From Deltaproteobacteria bacterium TL4 (GTDB taxonomy: Bacteria; SAR324; NAC60-12): a DNA stretch of 46,582 bases. Shown in pieces: positions 24,671 through 33,335 of this stretch; the stretch's first letter is position 1, and every line of letters begins with the position of its first letter. A program made the translations under genes and the position numbers. Under the pieces are notes generated by a model. That model ran no database searches. It was not told where the DNA came from and saw only the letters and a list, made by a program, of their open reading frames with translations. The stretch spans positions 1-46,582 of the forward strand of contig JBBCAX010000135.1 in NCBI GenBank assembly GCA_051382335.1. Reading direction: 5' to 3'.

Positions 24671-26857
24671 TTACCATTTTTTGTTAAAGGAGAGTTGGAC
24701 TTTGCCTTGGGGGTGAACATCCCAGTGCCAGGAAATGGCGGAGGATGAAGGGGGTTCGGGTTCATCCCAATAAAGCCAGCCGGTCAAGGCGGCGAGTCCG
24801 AGGGTTAGACCTAAATATCCCTGTGTTTGTTCCTTCATTGTGGCAATTTCAGCCATTTTCTCATCTTCTTGCGTTCGATAGGCTTGAGCGTCATGGAGCG
24901 TTTTCGCGGTCTTGATCTTGTCACTGAGTTGTTGTCTCTCGGTGTTCGCGTTTTCCACCGCGGTGACTGTGGCATAAAGCAAACCGGTTGAGATCAGCGT
25001 TACCCCCAACGAACTTCGCCACTTCCATTTCCAGCTTTGGCGGGCTTGGTAATAGTCGGTGAGTTCCAAGTGAATTTCCTGAGAGAAGGTTTCTCCCGGT
25101 TTCAAAACAAGGGCTTGCTTTTGTTCCACATATTTATGGCTGGAGTGGGTGACGTAGAGTTCATAGGTGCCTGACTCCACCTCCAAAGCAAAAATTCCCC
25201 GATCAGGAGAGTTATCAGTTTTGTTCCAGGATTCCTTACCGATGAGATTGACCACAAAATGACCATCTTCGTCCTCAACTAAAGCATCCCGAATTATTGT
25301 AAGTTTCAATGAAGAGGGTCTCAGTTCCATTTTGATGTCAATGAGCGTTTGCTGGTTTGGCAGGATTTCAAAAGATTTTTCAACAGGAACGTACTCCTGA
25401 TGAGTCACTTTGAGGGTGTAAGGGCCGATGGGAAGTTGCTTTTCCTCAACAGGTAAGAATAAGGTTTGAGTCGCGGGGACGTAAGTTCCTCCTGTTAAGG
25501 TAATGACCGATCCTTGAGGACAGCCTCGCAGGGTCAAGCGTCCTTGAATGGGAGCCAAACGGGGAGCTAACGAAACATCCTCAGTGGCAACCTGAAGCTG
25601 TTTTTGGAAAACCTCAAACCCTTCTTTTTCTATTTGAATCTGATGAGGACCTTTGGTGGTTTGCAGCGTGAGTGGAGTGTTTCCCACGACTTGTTGATCG
25701 ACCATGATTTTTGCGCCACCAGGTGTGCTGCCGATGATCAGTTCCGGGATTTTGACCAGGGTCACCTTGTATTTCGTTGTTTTTCCTCCCTGCACCGTTA
25801 GGGTTTTTTCGAGTGTTTCATATTTGGTTTTTTGAATTTTTAATTGATGTGTTCCTTCAGTCACTTGAAGCTTAACCGGGGTTTCTCCTTTGGCAATTCC
25901 CTCCAGAAAGACATGCGCCTGAGCGGGGAGAGTCGTAATTTCCAGGGTTCCAAACCGCTTCAGTTTAGCCTCCAGAAGCGTGTTTTTTATTTGAGGATCG
26001 ACTTCAAGGTTTTGGGTGAAAGGGGCATAGCCTGTTAACCGGATTTCTACCAGATGCCGCCCCGAGGTCAGCTTGAGATCCACCGGAGCTTTTCCAACCG
26101 GTTTTTGATCGACTGAAACTTCAGCGTTATAGGGAGTACTTGTGATTAAGACATTGTAAAGCAACGGAGCAAGCGTCAAATCCAGACGCGTCAACTCGGA
26201 AGAGGTGAGCTTGAAAGTTTGAGTGATACCGAGATTTTCATGACGGAGATCGAGTGTGTGTTCTCCGTAAGGGATGGCTTTTAACAAGGCGGGTGTTTTT
26301 TGTTCCAGCACAATCCCATCCAGGGTAATTTCCGCTTCCGGCGGGGTGGAGGTGAGGAACACTTGTCCTGTCTCCTCAGACGTTGGTTGAGGGGCGTTCT
26401 CGCCTATAACTTTCGCCACCAACTCGGAAATTTTTCCGTTGAGTTGGAAGGTATTGCATTTTTGGCAGTAGTAGGTTTTTACATTCTTGTCTTCCAGACC
26501 GATGCGGGTGACGGTCAATTGGGTATCGTCGCCTTCCCGAATGATCTGCAAACGGAACAAATTTTCCACTTGCAGGATTTCCTGAACCCGTCGAATACAT
26601 TGATCTTCAGTACATTCCTCCGCGTCCAGGGTTTTAAAGGCTTCATCCTGGGCTTGCTCAAATTGTTTTTCGGAAACCAGATTAAACTGGTCGGCCAAAC
26701 GCTCCTGAAACGTATTGAATAAAATGCCTTGCTGCCCCGCGGAAATATCGCCCACCACCGCTAAGGGAAAGAGGGCCGCTTGTTCTTTTTGAGCATAAAC
26801 CGGGTGGGCCAACAGGCTGGATACAAGCACTAAACTGAAATATTTTAAGACGTTCAT
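24671..26857 (-). CDS. Exported multi-PEGA-domain protein with C-terminal hydrophobic segments
   Basis: Signal peptide; repeated STPPEAEITLDG/STPYNAEVSVD/TLPAQAHVFLEG/STPGGAKIMVD..G.TP..L..G.H..GY/F. Confidence 0.85.
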   Translation of the reverse strand: MNVLKYFSLVLVSSLLAHPVYAQKEQAALFPLAVVGDISAGQQGILFNTFQERLADQFNLVSEKQFEQAQDEAFKTLDAEECTEDQCIRRVQEILQVENLFRLQIIREGDDTQLTVTRIGLEDKNVKTYYCQKCNTFQLNGKISELVAKVIGENAPQPTSEETGQVFLTSTPPEAEITLDGIVLEQKTPALLKAIPYGEHTLDLRHENLGITQTFKLTSSELTRLDLTLAPLLYNVLITSTPYNAEVSVDQKPVGKAPVDLKLTSGRHLVEIRLTGYAPFTQNLEVDPQIKNTLLEAKLKRFGTLEITTLPAQAHVFLEGIAKGETPVKLQVTEGTHQLKIQKTKYETLEKTLTVQGGKTTKYKVTLVKIPELIIGSTPGGAKIMVDQQVVGNTPLTLQTTKGPHQIQIEKEGFEVFQKQLQVATEDVSLAPRLAPIQGRLTLRGCPQGSVITLTGGTYVPATQTLFLPVEEKQLPIGPYTLKVTHQEYVPVEKSFEILPNQQTLIDIKMELRPSSLKLTIIRDALVEDEDGHFVVNLIGKESWNKTDNSPDRGIFALEVESGTYELYVTHSSHKYVEQKQALVLKPGETFSQEIHLELTDYYQARQSWKWKWRSSLGVTLISTGLLYATVTAVENANTERQQLSDKIKTAKTLHDAQAYRTQEDEKMAEIATMKEQTQGYLGLTLGLAALTGWLYWDEPEPPSSSAISWHWDVHPQGKVQLSFNKKW

Positions 26858-26966
26858 AGTTCCCCACTAAATTAGCTTGATTGGATGGCATTCGGTTTTT
26901 TCGAGATTGGATGGGAGTTGGTTTTCTGTACAAGTTTCTATTGAACAAATCAAGATTTGTTCGATA

Positions 26967-27070
26967 TATAGATGTTCAGAAAAGTTTTGTCCTGGGAGTG
27001 AGGGCGTCCCGCCCTCCGGTGAGGGCAAGATGCCCTCACTCCCAGGACAAAACTTTCCTTGAGCACTATA
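26967..27070. mobile_element. MITE family A, copy 5
   Basis: Near-identical to 3089 and 9096 copies. Confidence 0.88.
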
Positions 27071-27172
27071 TAGATGTTCAGAAATTAAATTGCGGTAGAG
27101 CAGGCATCCCTGCCTGCACAAACAGGCACGGATGCCTATTCTACCGTGAAATTATTTAAATGCATGTCTGTA
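27069..27172. mobile_element. MITE-like element with family A/C-like termini and GTAG palindromic core
   Basis: tatagatgttca... / ...atttaaatgcatgtctgta; core gtagagcaggcatcc...ggatgcctattctac. Confidence 0.65.
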
Positions 27173-27204
27173 GCACATTTTTTTGAGGGATTAAAGCCTA
27201 AAAC

Positions 27205-27327
27205 GGCTATAGTCATCGTTTCGCCAAAAGGCAGCGATCTTTGAAATCCGGCTTCGACTCCGCTCAGCCTCCGAGTGCGTTCCCTGAGCGAAGTCGAAGG
27301 GACATTGGCGAAACGATGACTATAGCC
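27205..27327. mobile_element. MITE-like element with perfect 23-bp inverted ends and cttcgac..gctcag/ctgagc..gtcgaag core
   Basis: ggctatagtcatcgtttcgccaa / ttggcgaaacgatgactatagcc. Confidence 0.8.
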
Positions 27328-27522
27328 CATAAAACCATAAATTCACCATCCTTGCCAGCAGCATAAATGGCCACATGGAGTTGACACTTTGAGGGTGTGC
27401 GAGCCTCATCTTCACAGCAAACTGCGGGGTATTCTTGGACTTTTTAAATAAAAAGGAATGAGAATTAAATAACTTCCCCATTTGCTCTGGCCCTTCATTT
27501 TACCGGGATTTCACGATGGAGT

Positions 27523-27589
27523 AGGAGTGCAAAAGCTTGCTTTTGCCCAACGCAGGTCCTTTCTGGCAAAAGCAAGCTTTTGCACTCCA
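27523..27589. repeat. Palindrome matching the core of MITE family C
   Basis: ggagtgcaaaagcttgcttttgcc...ggcaaaagcaagcttttgcactcc, cf. 14230-14305. Confidence 0.75.
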
Positions 27590-27675
27590 TTCCTTGTCGA
27601 TCGCAGACACCTAAACAAAAAAACGGCCATGTGTCTCCAGAGGGAAGTTATTTAATTCTCATTCCAAAGCAGATT

Positions 27676-28806
27676 TTAGTAATATTGACGGTACAATGAG
27701 GCAAACTTTTTGAAGTGGCGATGGGTTCGTTCAAAGAAATATTTATAGGAAGCGCAAAAATGATTATGTCCCTGGTCCTGTGGATCATGGAGGCGATCTT
27801 TAATACAGCCGCCATAACATAAACGTAGCCATTGACATTGCTGACATTCCCTCGCGTAAGCGGCTTTTTGCGCACCAAAAGCCAGGTGGGCTGGAGACTG
27901 GAAGGCTTCTTTTAACGAAATTTCATGTAAATTTCCCAGTTTTGTATTTTCTGAGACAAGAAAATCACAAGAATATAAATCCCCATTATGCTCAACCACT
28001 AAATAATCGTTGCAAACCTTGTGCATGGTGCAATGATCAGGAAGCCTGCCAATATAGGCGGCAAGCAGAGAGTCAAAAAATCGAATGGAGGTTTTTTGTT
28101 TCAGTTTTTTAAAATCAAAGTCCTTAATCCAGCAATTCATCAGAGCACAGAGGAATTGAGCATAGTCTTGAGCTGGGACTGAATAGGAGGCGGCAATCCC
28201 TGTATTGTGAAGATCACGCTCCACCACAGGACTGAATTGCATAAACCAGAATCCATGATCCGCAAAAAATTCATAGATTGCCTTTGGATATTTCACTGAA
28301 TAATCCGTAACACTCGCTAAAACATTCACGGGGACTCCACTTTTAAGTAGCAACTGAGCGTTATTAAAGACAGCTTGAAACGTCCCCTGGCCTTTATGAT
28401 CTTTGCGGTAATGATCATGAATATGCTGAGGCCCGTCCAAGGAAATGCCAACCAGAAAGTTTTCTTGACGCAGAAAGAGAGTCCAGGCTTCATTCAATAA
28501 AATTCCGTTGGTTTGCAAAGCATTTTCGTAGGATCTGTTTTGGGCATAATGCTTCTGCAACTGGATCACGTTTTTGAAAAAATCCAGGCCAAGTATGGTG
28601 GGTTCTCCGCCCTGCCAGATAAAGGTCGGCGAACTGGTGCAATCAAACATCCCTTTGATCAATTTTTCCAGAGTGGACTCCTGCATACGGTGTGTTGAAG
28701 GAGCCCCCTCATACAGACGATGCTTATCCAGGTAAAAACAGTAATCACACTGAATGTTACAAAAGGAACCAATCGGTTTGATTAAAACACTTCGCAACTC
28801 AGGCAT
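27676..28806 (-). CDS. Anaerobic sulfatase-maturating enzyme (radical SAM/SPASM)
   Basis: IKPIGSFCNIQCDYCFY, WQGGEPT, LQTNG, GISLDGP, VEHNGDLYSCD, CQQC..LCYGGC..NHFC. Confidence 0.88.
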   Translation of the reverse strand: MPELRSVLIKPIGSFCNIQCDYCFYLDKHRLYEGAPSTHRMQESTLEKLIKGMFDCTSSPTFIWQGGEPTILGLDFFKNVIQLQKHYAQNRSYENALQTNGILLNEAWTLFLRQENFLVGISLDGPQHIHDHYRKDHKGQGTFQAVFNNAQLLLKSGVPVNVLASVTDYSVKYPKAIYEFFADHGFWFMQFSPVVERDLHNTGIAASYSVPAQDYAQFLCALMNCWIKDFDFKKLKQKTSIRFFDSLLAAYIGRLPDHCTMHKVCNDYLVVEHNGDLYSCDFLVSENTKLGNLHEISLKEAFQSPAHLAFGAQKAAYARECQQCQWLRLCYGGCIKDRLHDPQDQGHNHFCASYKYFFERTHRHFKKFASLYRQYY

Positions 28807-28829
28807 GATCCGACTTTCCTTCAAGAAAA

Positions 28830-29315
28830 TTATTTTTTAAAGACAAAAACCACTTCAAATTTTTGCTTTAGCTTTGCGTGATAATAAGTTCCTATCAGGA
28901 GATTTCGTTGCGGTTCGTAATCGAGAGTATATGAAGACCCTTGATAGTCAACATCCTGAAATTTGATGAATACTTTTTCCCTGGAAGATTCTTGAAAAAT
29001 TTTTGCTTCGGCAATGTGGATTGAGCGCGGATTGTAATAGGCCGTTTCTAAGTGACCCTCTGGATGAACCTTTTTAATCTCTAAAACATAGCGTCCATCT
29101 GTACGGAACCATCGACCGACAAGTTTTTCCTTATCAATTGCTGCGGGGTATGTGACAGGCGGTTGGGCAGGGGGAGCTTTTCTTCTTACAACCTCCTCCA
29201 CGGTTTTTTTTGAAGGGGTTGAGACCGTTTTCAACTTGGAAAAATTCAGGACAATCGCACCCACCGTCATGATCAAGGCAACACCGAGTACAATCCCTAT
29301 AAGCGGATGTTTCAT
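28830..29315 (-). CDS. Hypothetical membrane-anchored protein
   Basis: N-terminal hydrophobic helix; LVGRWFRTDGRY..AYYNP..Y.GSSYTL; GGAG RBS before ATG 29315. Confidence 0.7.
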   Translation of the reverse strand: MKHPLIGIVLGVALIMTVGAIVLNFSKLKTVSTPSKKTVEEVVRRKAPPAQPPVTYPAAIDKEKLVGRWFRTDGRYVLEIKKVHPEGHLETAYYNPRSIHIAEAKIFQESSREKVFIKFQDVDYQGSSYTLDYEPQRNLLIGTYYHAKLKQKFEVVFVFKK

Positions 29316-29692
29316 TACAATAAATTCTCCATCATGAAAGCCGTAAGCTTCATTCGTTTCATTGCCAGGAACAAAAGGGTGCCAATTTAGCAAACCCTTC
29401 ACCTTTCAACAAGATAAAAAGTTTTATCAAAGTTGATCTTTTTTTTTATTCGCCAGCGAAATTACAAAAAGTGTCCGACTAACGGAATAAGTCTGTTTTT
29501 AGGAGTAGAATGAACTTGATTCCCTATTAAAGACAAGTAATATTCCTTGAGTTAAAAAAAACTTCCTAAAACTTCTTAAGTTGATGGCATGAATTTTGTT
29601 AAAATTAGTGACCTGTCGGTTTAATGTTCTAAAAGCACAAAGTCCTTCAGCCTTATTTTTCGACAATATTTGCAAAAATTAAGAGAAAACGA

Positions 29693-30289
29693 ATGTTATC
29701 TTCACAAAGTCATCAGGGCAGAGTGCTGGTGAATTCTTTACCCAAAAGTGGAACACCTCTCTTAACTAAGACGATTGACATTCTGGGGTATAGCGATCCC
29801 CGTGCCGTTGTGGCCTCCCTGATCCCCTTCATTTTGGAGGCCTGGAAAACGGGAATGGGGTCACATTTCCTGGAAGCTGATTTTAAAACAATGTCTCCCC
29901 TTCAGCGCTTGAACTTTATTTTAGAAGGGGGATATGCACCCAACGCAAAAGTTGAAACAAAAAGCTTTGCGGAGGTTTACCGTTCTATGTTAGCCTGGCG
30001 CAATCAACCCAACAGTTTGTTCATGCATTTTGAAGATCTGGTTAGCGAGCAAGGGGGAGGGAGCCTTGATAAACAAAGAGTTGTTGTAGAAAACATCGCG
30101 TCCTTTTTAAGGATTCCCTTTAATACTGAGCTTGAAAACAGATTGAAGGAGGTTTATGACCCTTCATCGCGAACGTTTAGAACTGGAAAAATTGATGGCT
30201 GGAAAACAGCAATGGATTCAGAAAGTATCGATCTCCTGAATAAATCGTGTGAAGCGCTTTGTAACGAAGCTGAAACCCCAATAACCTAA
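29693..30289 (+). CDS. Sulfotransferase-domain protein, apparently internally deleted
   Basis: VNSLPKSGT (PAPS loop) followed ~12 aa later by DPRAVVAS; FEDL; TFRTGKIDGWK. Confidence 0.7.
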   Translation: MLSSQSHQGRVLVNSLPKSGTPLLTKTIDILGYSDPRAVVASLIPFILEAWKTGMGSHFLEADFKTMSPLQRLNFILEGGYAPNAKVETKSFAEVYRSMLAWRNQPNSLFMHFEDLVSEQGGGSLDKQRVVVENIASFLRIPFNTELENRLKEVYDPSSRTFRTGKIDGWKTAMDSESIDLLNKSCEALCNEAETPIT

Positions 30290-30304
30290 AGGAAAAACAG
30301 GAAA

Positions 30305-30568
30305 ATGATTGAAAATATAATTGACCAACTGAAACAAATTATTGCGAATGATTTGGATGTAAACCTTAAACGAGAAGAAATTGATGAAGATGTTTCTTTG
30401 TTTGAAGAAGGACTGGGGCTGGATTCCGTGGTGATTATGGAATTTATCAGCTTAATCGAAGCTCACTTTGATTTCCAGTTTTCTGATAACGAATTAAACA
30501 TGGAACCCTTCAAAAACCTTAGGATCCTTGCTGACTTTATTTCCACCAAAATCACAAAACAACCGTAG
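30305..30568 (+). CDS. Acyl/aryl carrier protein
   Basis: 87 aa acidic; GLGLDSV phosphopantetheine motif. Confidence 0.9.
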   Translation: MIENIIDQLKQIIANDLDVNLKREEIDEDVSLFEEGLGLDSVVIMEFISLIEAHFDFQFSDNELNMEPFKNLRILADFISTKITKQP

Positions 30569-30581
30569 GAAGGCTTTTGCT

Positions 30582-31898
30582 ATGAACAAAGAAAAACTCC
30601 AGCTACAAACGGCCAGAAAAGGGTTTATCACTAATTTGGAGTCATCTCGCAGAGGGTTTGTTACGAACTATCCCAATTTTCAACATTGGAAAAAGGTGGA
30701 AGCGGATAAAATATTGACAGGCAAGCCACTCAATATTTATGTGCATCTGCCTTTTTGCGCCCAGCAGTGCTCTTATTGTTATTATCGAACGGTCACAGGA
30801 AGCCGAAAATCCGAAATGGAACAATATGTCAACGCCCTTTGTAAGGAAATTGAGCTGGCTTCGCGACGTTTTAATTTAAAAGAAAGACAGGTGATTTCGG
30901 TTTATTTTGGTGGAGGAACACCGACGCTGATGAGTGGGGAGTTTTTGATTCAAATCATTGAAACGCTTCATAACCATTTAAACATCGTTGACACCTATGA
31001 GTTTACCGTTGAAGGGGAACCGGTCACCCTGACACAAAATAAAGCGGAGGTCCTGAAAAAAATGGGGGTCACCCGTATCAGTCTTGGAGTTCAATCCCTT
31101 TGTGATGAGGTTATTAAATTGTCCAATCGGAAGGACACCGCAAACAAAGTATTGAATGCTATCGAGATTGCCAAAAGTACCAACGCGGTGCTTAATATCG
31201 ATCTGATGAGTGGGTTGGCTGGTGAAACCCTGGAAACGTGGGCGCACACTATCAAACAGGCTCTGAGTCTGGATATTGAAAGCATCACCGTCTATAAAAC
31301 GGAACTCTATGCCAATACGCAATATTACAAGGATGTTCGCAACGACAAGCTGGAGTTACCCTCCGATGAGCAAGAGCTCGAATTTATGCGCTATGCGCTG
31401 GAACAATTTGAGCAGGCACACTATTTACCGTGGTGTTTTTTTACCTTTACCCAAAAAGGACGCTATGAACATGTCCATGCGCCCAGTATTTGGAGGGGCG
31501 ATGATTATTTCCCCTTTGGCGCGTCTGCGTTTGGTCGTCTGGGGAATTGGTTATTTCAAAATACCAACGAGTTGGAAACCTATGTCTCGCTTGTGGAAGC
31601 GGGTGAAATTCCGATCCAGCGAGGACACCAGTTGACAAGTTTAGATGAAATGGTACGGGATGTGGTATTGGAAATGAAGTTGCTCCGTCTGGATTTGAAA
31701 AAGTTTCTTCAAAAATATGGTTTCAAGTTGGAATCCTTGTGTGGTTCCGCCATCAAGCAACTGGAGTCAGACGGTTTTATCTCCTTTTCCGAAGAGGCCA
31801 TTCAACTGACAGCTAAAGGCATTCTGCATGGAGATTATGTGGGTAAAAGCATTGGCAAGTCTTTGATAGCGATAGCGGATCAATCGCAGACTATCTGA
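30582..31898 (+). CDS. HemN-like (class C) radical SAM enzyme
   Basis: YVHLPFCAQQCSYC, YFGGGTPT, RISLGVQS, NIDLMSGL; C-terminal LTAKG. Confidence 0.88.
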   Translation: MNKEKLQLQTARKGFITNLESSRRGFVTNYPNFQHWKKVEADKILTGKPLNIYVHLPFCAQQCSYCYYRTVTGSRKSEMEQYVNALCKEIELASRRFNLKERQVISVYFGGGTPTLMSGEFLIQIIETLHNHLNIVDTYEFTVEGEPVTLTQNKAEVLKKMGVTRISLGVQSLCDEVIKLSNRKDTANKVLNAIEIAKSTNAVLNIDLMSGLAGETLETWAHTIKQALSLDIESITVYKTELYANTQYYKDVRNDKLELPSDEQELEFMRYALEQFEQAHYLPWCFFTFTQKGRYEHVHAPSIWRGDDYFPFGASAFGRLGNWLFQNTNELETYVSLVEAGEIPIQRGHQLTSLDEMVRDVVLEMKLLRLDLKKFLQKYGFKLESLCGSAIKQLESDGFISFSEEAIQLTAKGILHGDYVGKSIGKSLIAIADQSQTI

Positions 31899-31920
31899 AA
31901 TTATTGGCGACACAAATCCT

Positions 31921-32583
31921 ATGTTAATATCGTACACTCACAAATTTATTTTCTTTCATGTAGCCAAAGTTGCGGGGTTAAGCATCAAAGAAGCATTGAA
32001 AGATTATGCTCAGGAGCCTGAAAAATTTAAAGTCCGACGCCCCGCGAGAATCATAAATGGCAAACCGAACCCGCTCTATGAAATGTGGGATGCTTTTATG
32101 ACTCACGTCAAAGCCAAGGAGGCGCAAAAGGAATTGCCTGAGGCGATCTTTAATCAATTTTATAAATTTGCTTTTGTCAGAAATCCTTGGGACTGGCAAG
32201 TCTCTATGTATCACTTTATCATTAAAGAAACAAACCATATCAACCATGAACTCGTTAAGTCCATGGCAGGTTTTGGAGACTACTTGAAGTGGATTGTCAG
32301 TACTCCCAAAAATCCATATGCCAAAGGAGCCACCCCCTTTCAAAAAGATATGTTGATTGATCAGGAGGGGAAAATCATTGTTGACTTTATTGGACGATAT
32401 GAATCTTTGACTCAAGATTTTCAAAAAGTTTGCCAAAAACTCCAGCTTAACTCAGCTCTGCCTTTCATTAACCAGTCAGCACATAGAGACTACAAGCTGT
32501 ATTACAATGATGAAACGAAAAAGATGGTAGAGGAATATTTCAAAGAAGATATTGAACTGTTTGGTTACACCTTTGATAGCTAG
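31921..32583 (+). CDS. Sulfotransferase family 2 protein
   Basis: FIFFHVAKVAGLSI, FAFVRNPWDWQVSMY, DFIGRYESL, EDIELFGY. Confidence 0.85.
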   Translation: MLISYTHKFIFFHVAKVAGLSIKEALKDYAQEPEKFKVRRPARIINGKPNPLYEMWDAFMTHVKAKEAQKELPEAIFNQFYKFAFVRNPWDWQVSMYHFIIKETNHINHELVKSMAGFGDYLKWIVSTPKNPYAKGATPFQKDMLIDQEGKIIVDFIGRYESLTQDFQKVCQKLQLNSALPFINQSAHRDYKLYYNDETKKMVEEYFKEDIELFGYTFDS

Positions 32584-32762
32584 TTTCCGCTGAATTTCTC
32601 TAAATGAGAGCCTTTTTAGTATGTTGAGTGTCTTTAATTCCCCCTTAGTGCTCCTCTTTCTAAAGAGGGGCAGAGGAGGATTTCACGAAGCCTCACAGCG
32701 AAAGACGGATCGCTACTGGTTTATTCAACATTGAAAAAAGTATAAAATATAAGGGATCCTTC

Positions 32763-33335
32763 ATGCCGATAAAAGAAACTCTAAACACGATAGACAGCTA
32801 TTTACATAAATCGTTGGAAAACAGCCAAATTAATCTAGATAAGTTAAGCCCTTTTCAAAGAATTTTATTGATCGCTGATGGGACCTTAACCCACATATTG
32901 GAAGCGTTTTTGAATGAAGTCATTGTTGTTGTTAAATTATCTGAGGAAATCGTCATAACCACAACCAGTCTTTTGCCTTTAGAAATCAAAGAAGGCACTG
33001 CAATCATGAAAAGGAAGATCCTGCTTCAAGGAAAATCAAGCGGTCGTCATTGGCTTTATGCGGAATCCACCATTGTTCTTGAGCGAGTCGGCGAAACGTT
33101 TAAAGAAAAACTGATCAACTCTCATGCCCCCATTGGGAAGCTTTGGAAAGAATATAGAACAGAAACGTTTAAAGAAATCATTACTTATGATCGAGAAGAT
33201 GCCGGGGATTTTTCCGATTATTTTGAGATCAAGAGCAAAGACAAACTGCTCTCTCGTACTTATCGCGTTTTTTCGAATCATCAACCTGTTATGATGATTA
33301 CAGAAAAATTTCCGGAAAACGCTTTTATCCTGTGA
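32763..33335 (+). CDS. Chorismate pyruvate-lyase-like (UbiC/DUF98 family) protein
   Basis: RILLIADGTLTHILEA, R.ILL.G..LYAES, PIGKL, SRTY..PVMMITEKFP. Confidence 0.8.
   Translation: MPIKETLNTIDSYLHKSLENSQINLDKLSPFQRILLIADGTLTHILEAFLNEVIVVVKLSEEIVITTTSLLPLEIKEGTAIMKRKILLQGKSSGRHWLYAESTIVLERVGETFKEKLINSHAPIGKLWKEYRTETFKEIITYDREDAGDFSDYFEIKSKDKLLSRTYRVFSNHQPVMMITEKFPENAFIL

Noticed and set aside
17536..26857. Prophage carrying the DGR
   Set aside because: No integrase, terminase, capsid or tail genes in the window; targets have cellular export signals.
30582..31898. Call as genuine heme-biosynthetic hemN
   Set aside because: Context (ACP, ligase, sulfotransferases) points to a HemN-like tailoring enzyme, so no gene symbol was assigned.
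32638..32680. Palindrome in the BGC intergenic gap as a riboswitch or ncRNA
   Set aside because: Only a short hairpin (cctctttctaaagagg); could be a terminator or small repeat, not enough evidence for a call.
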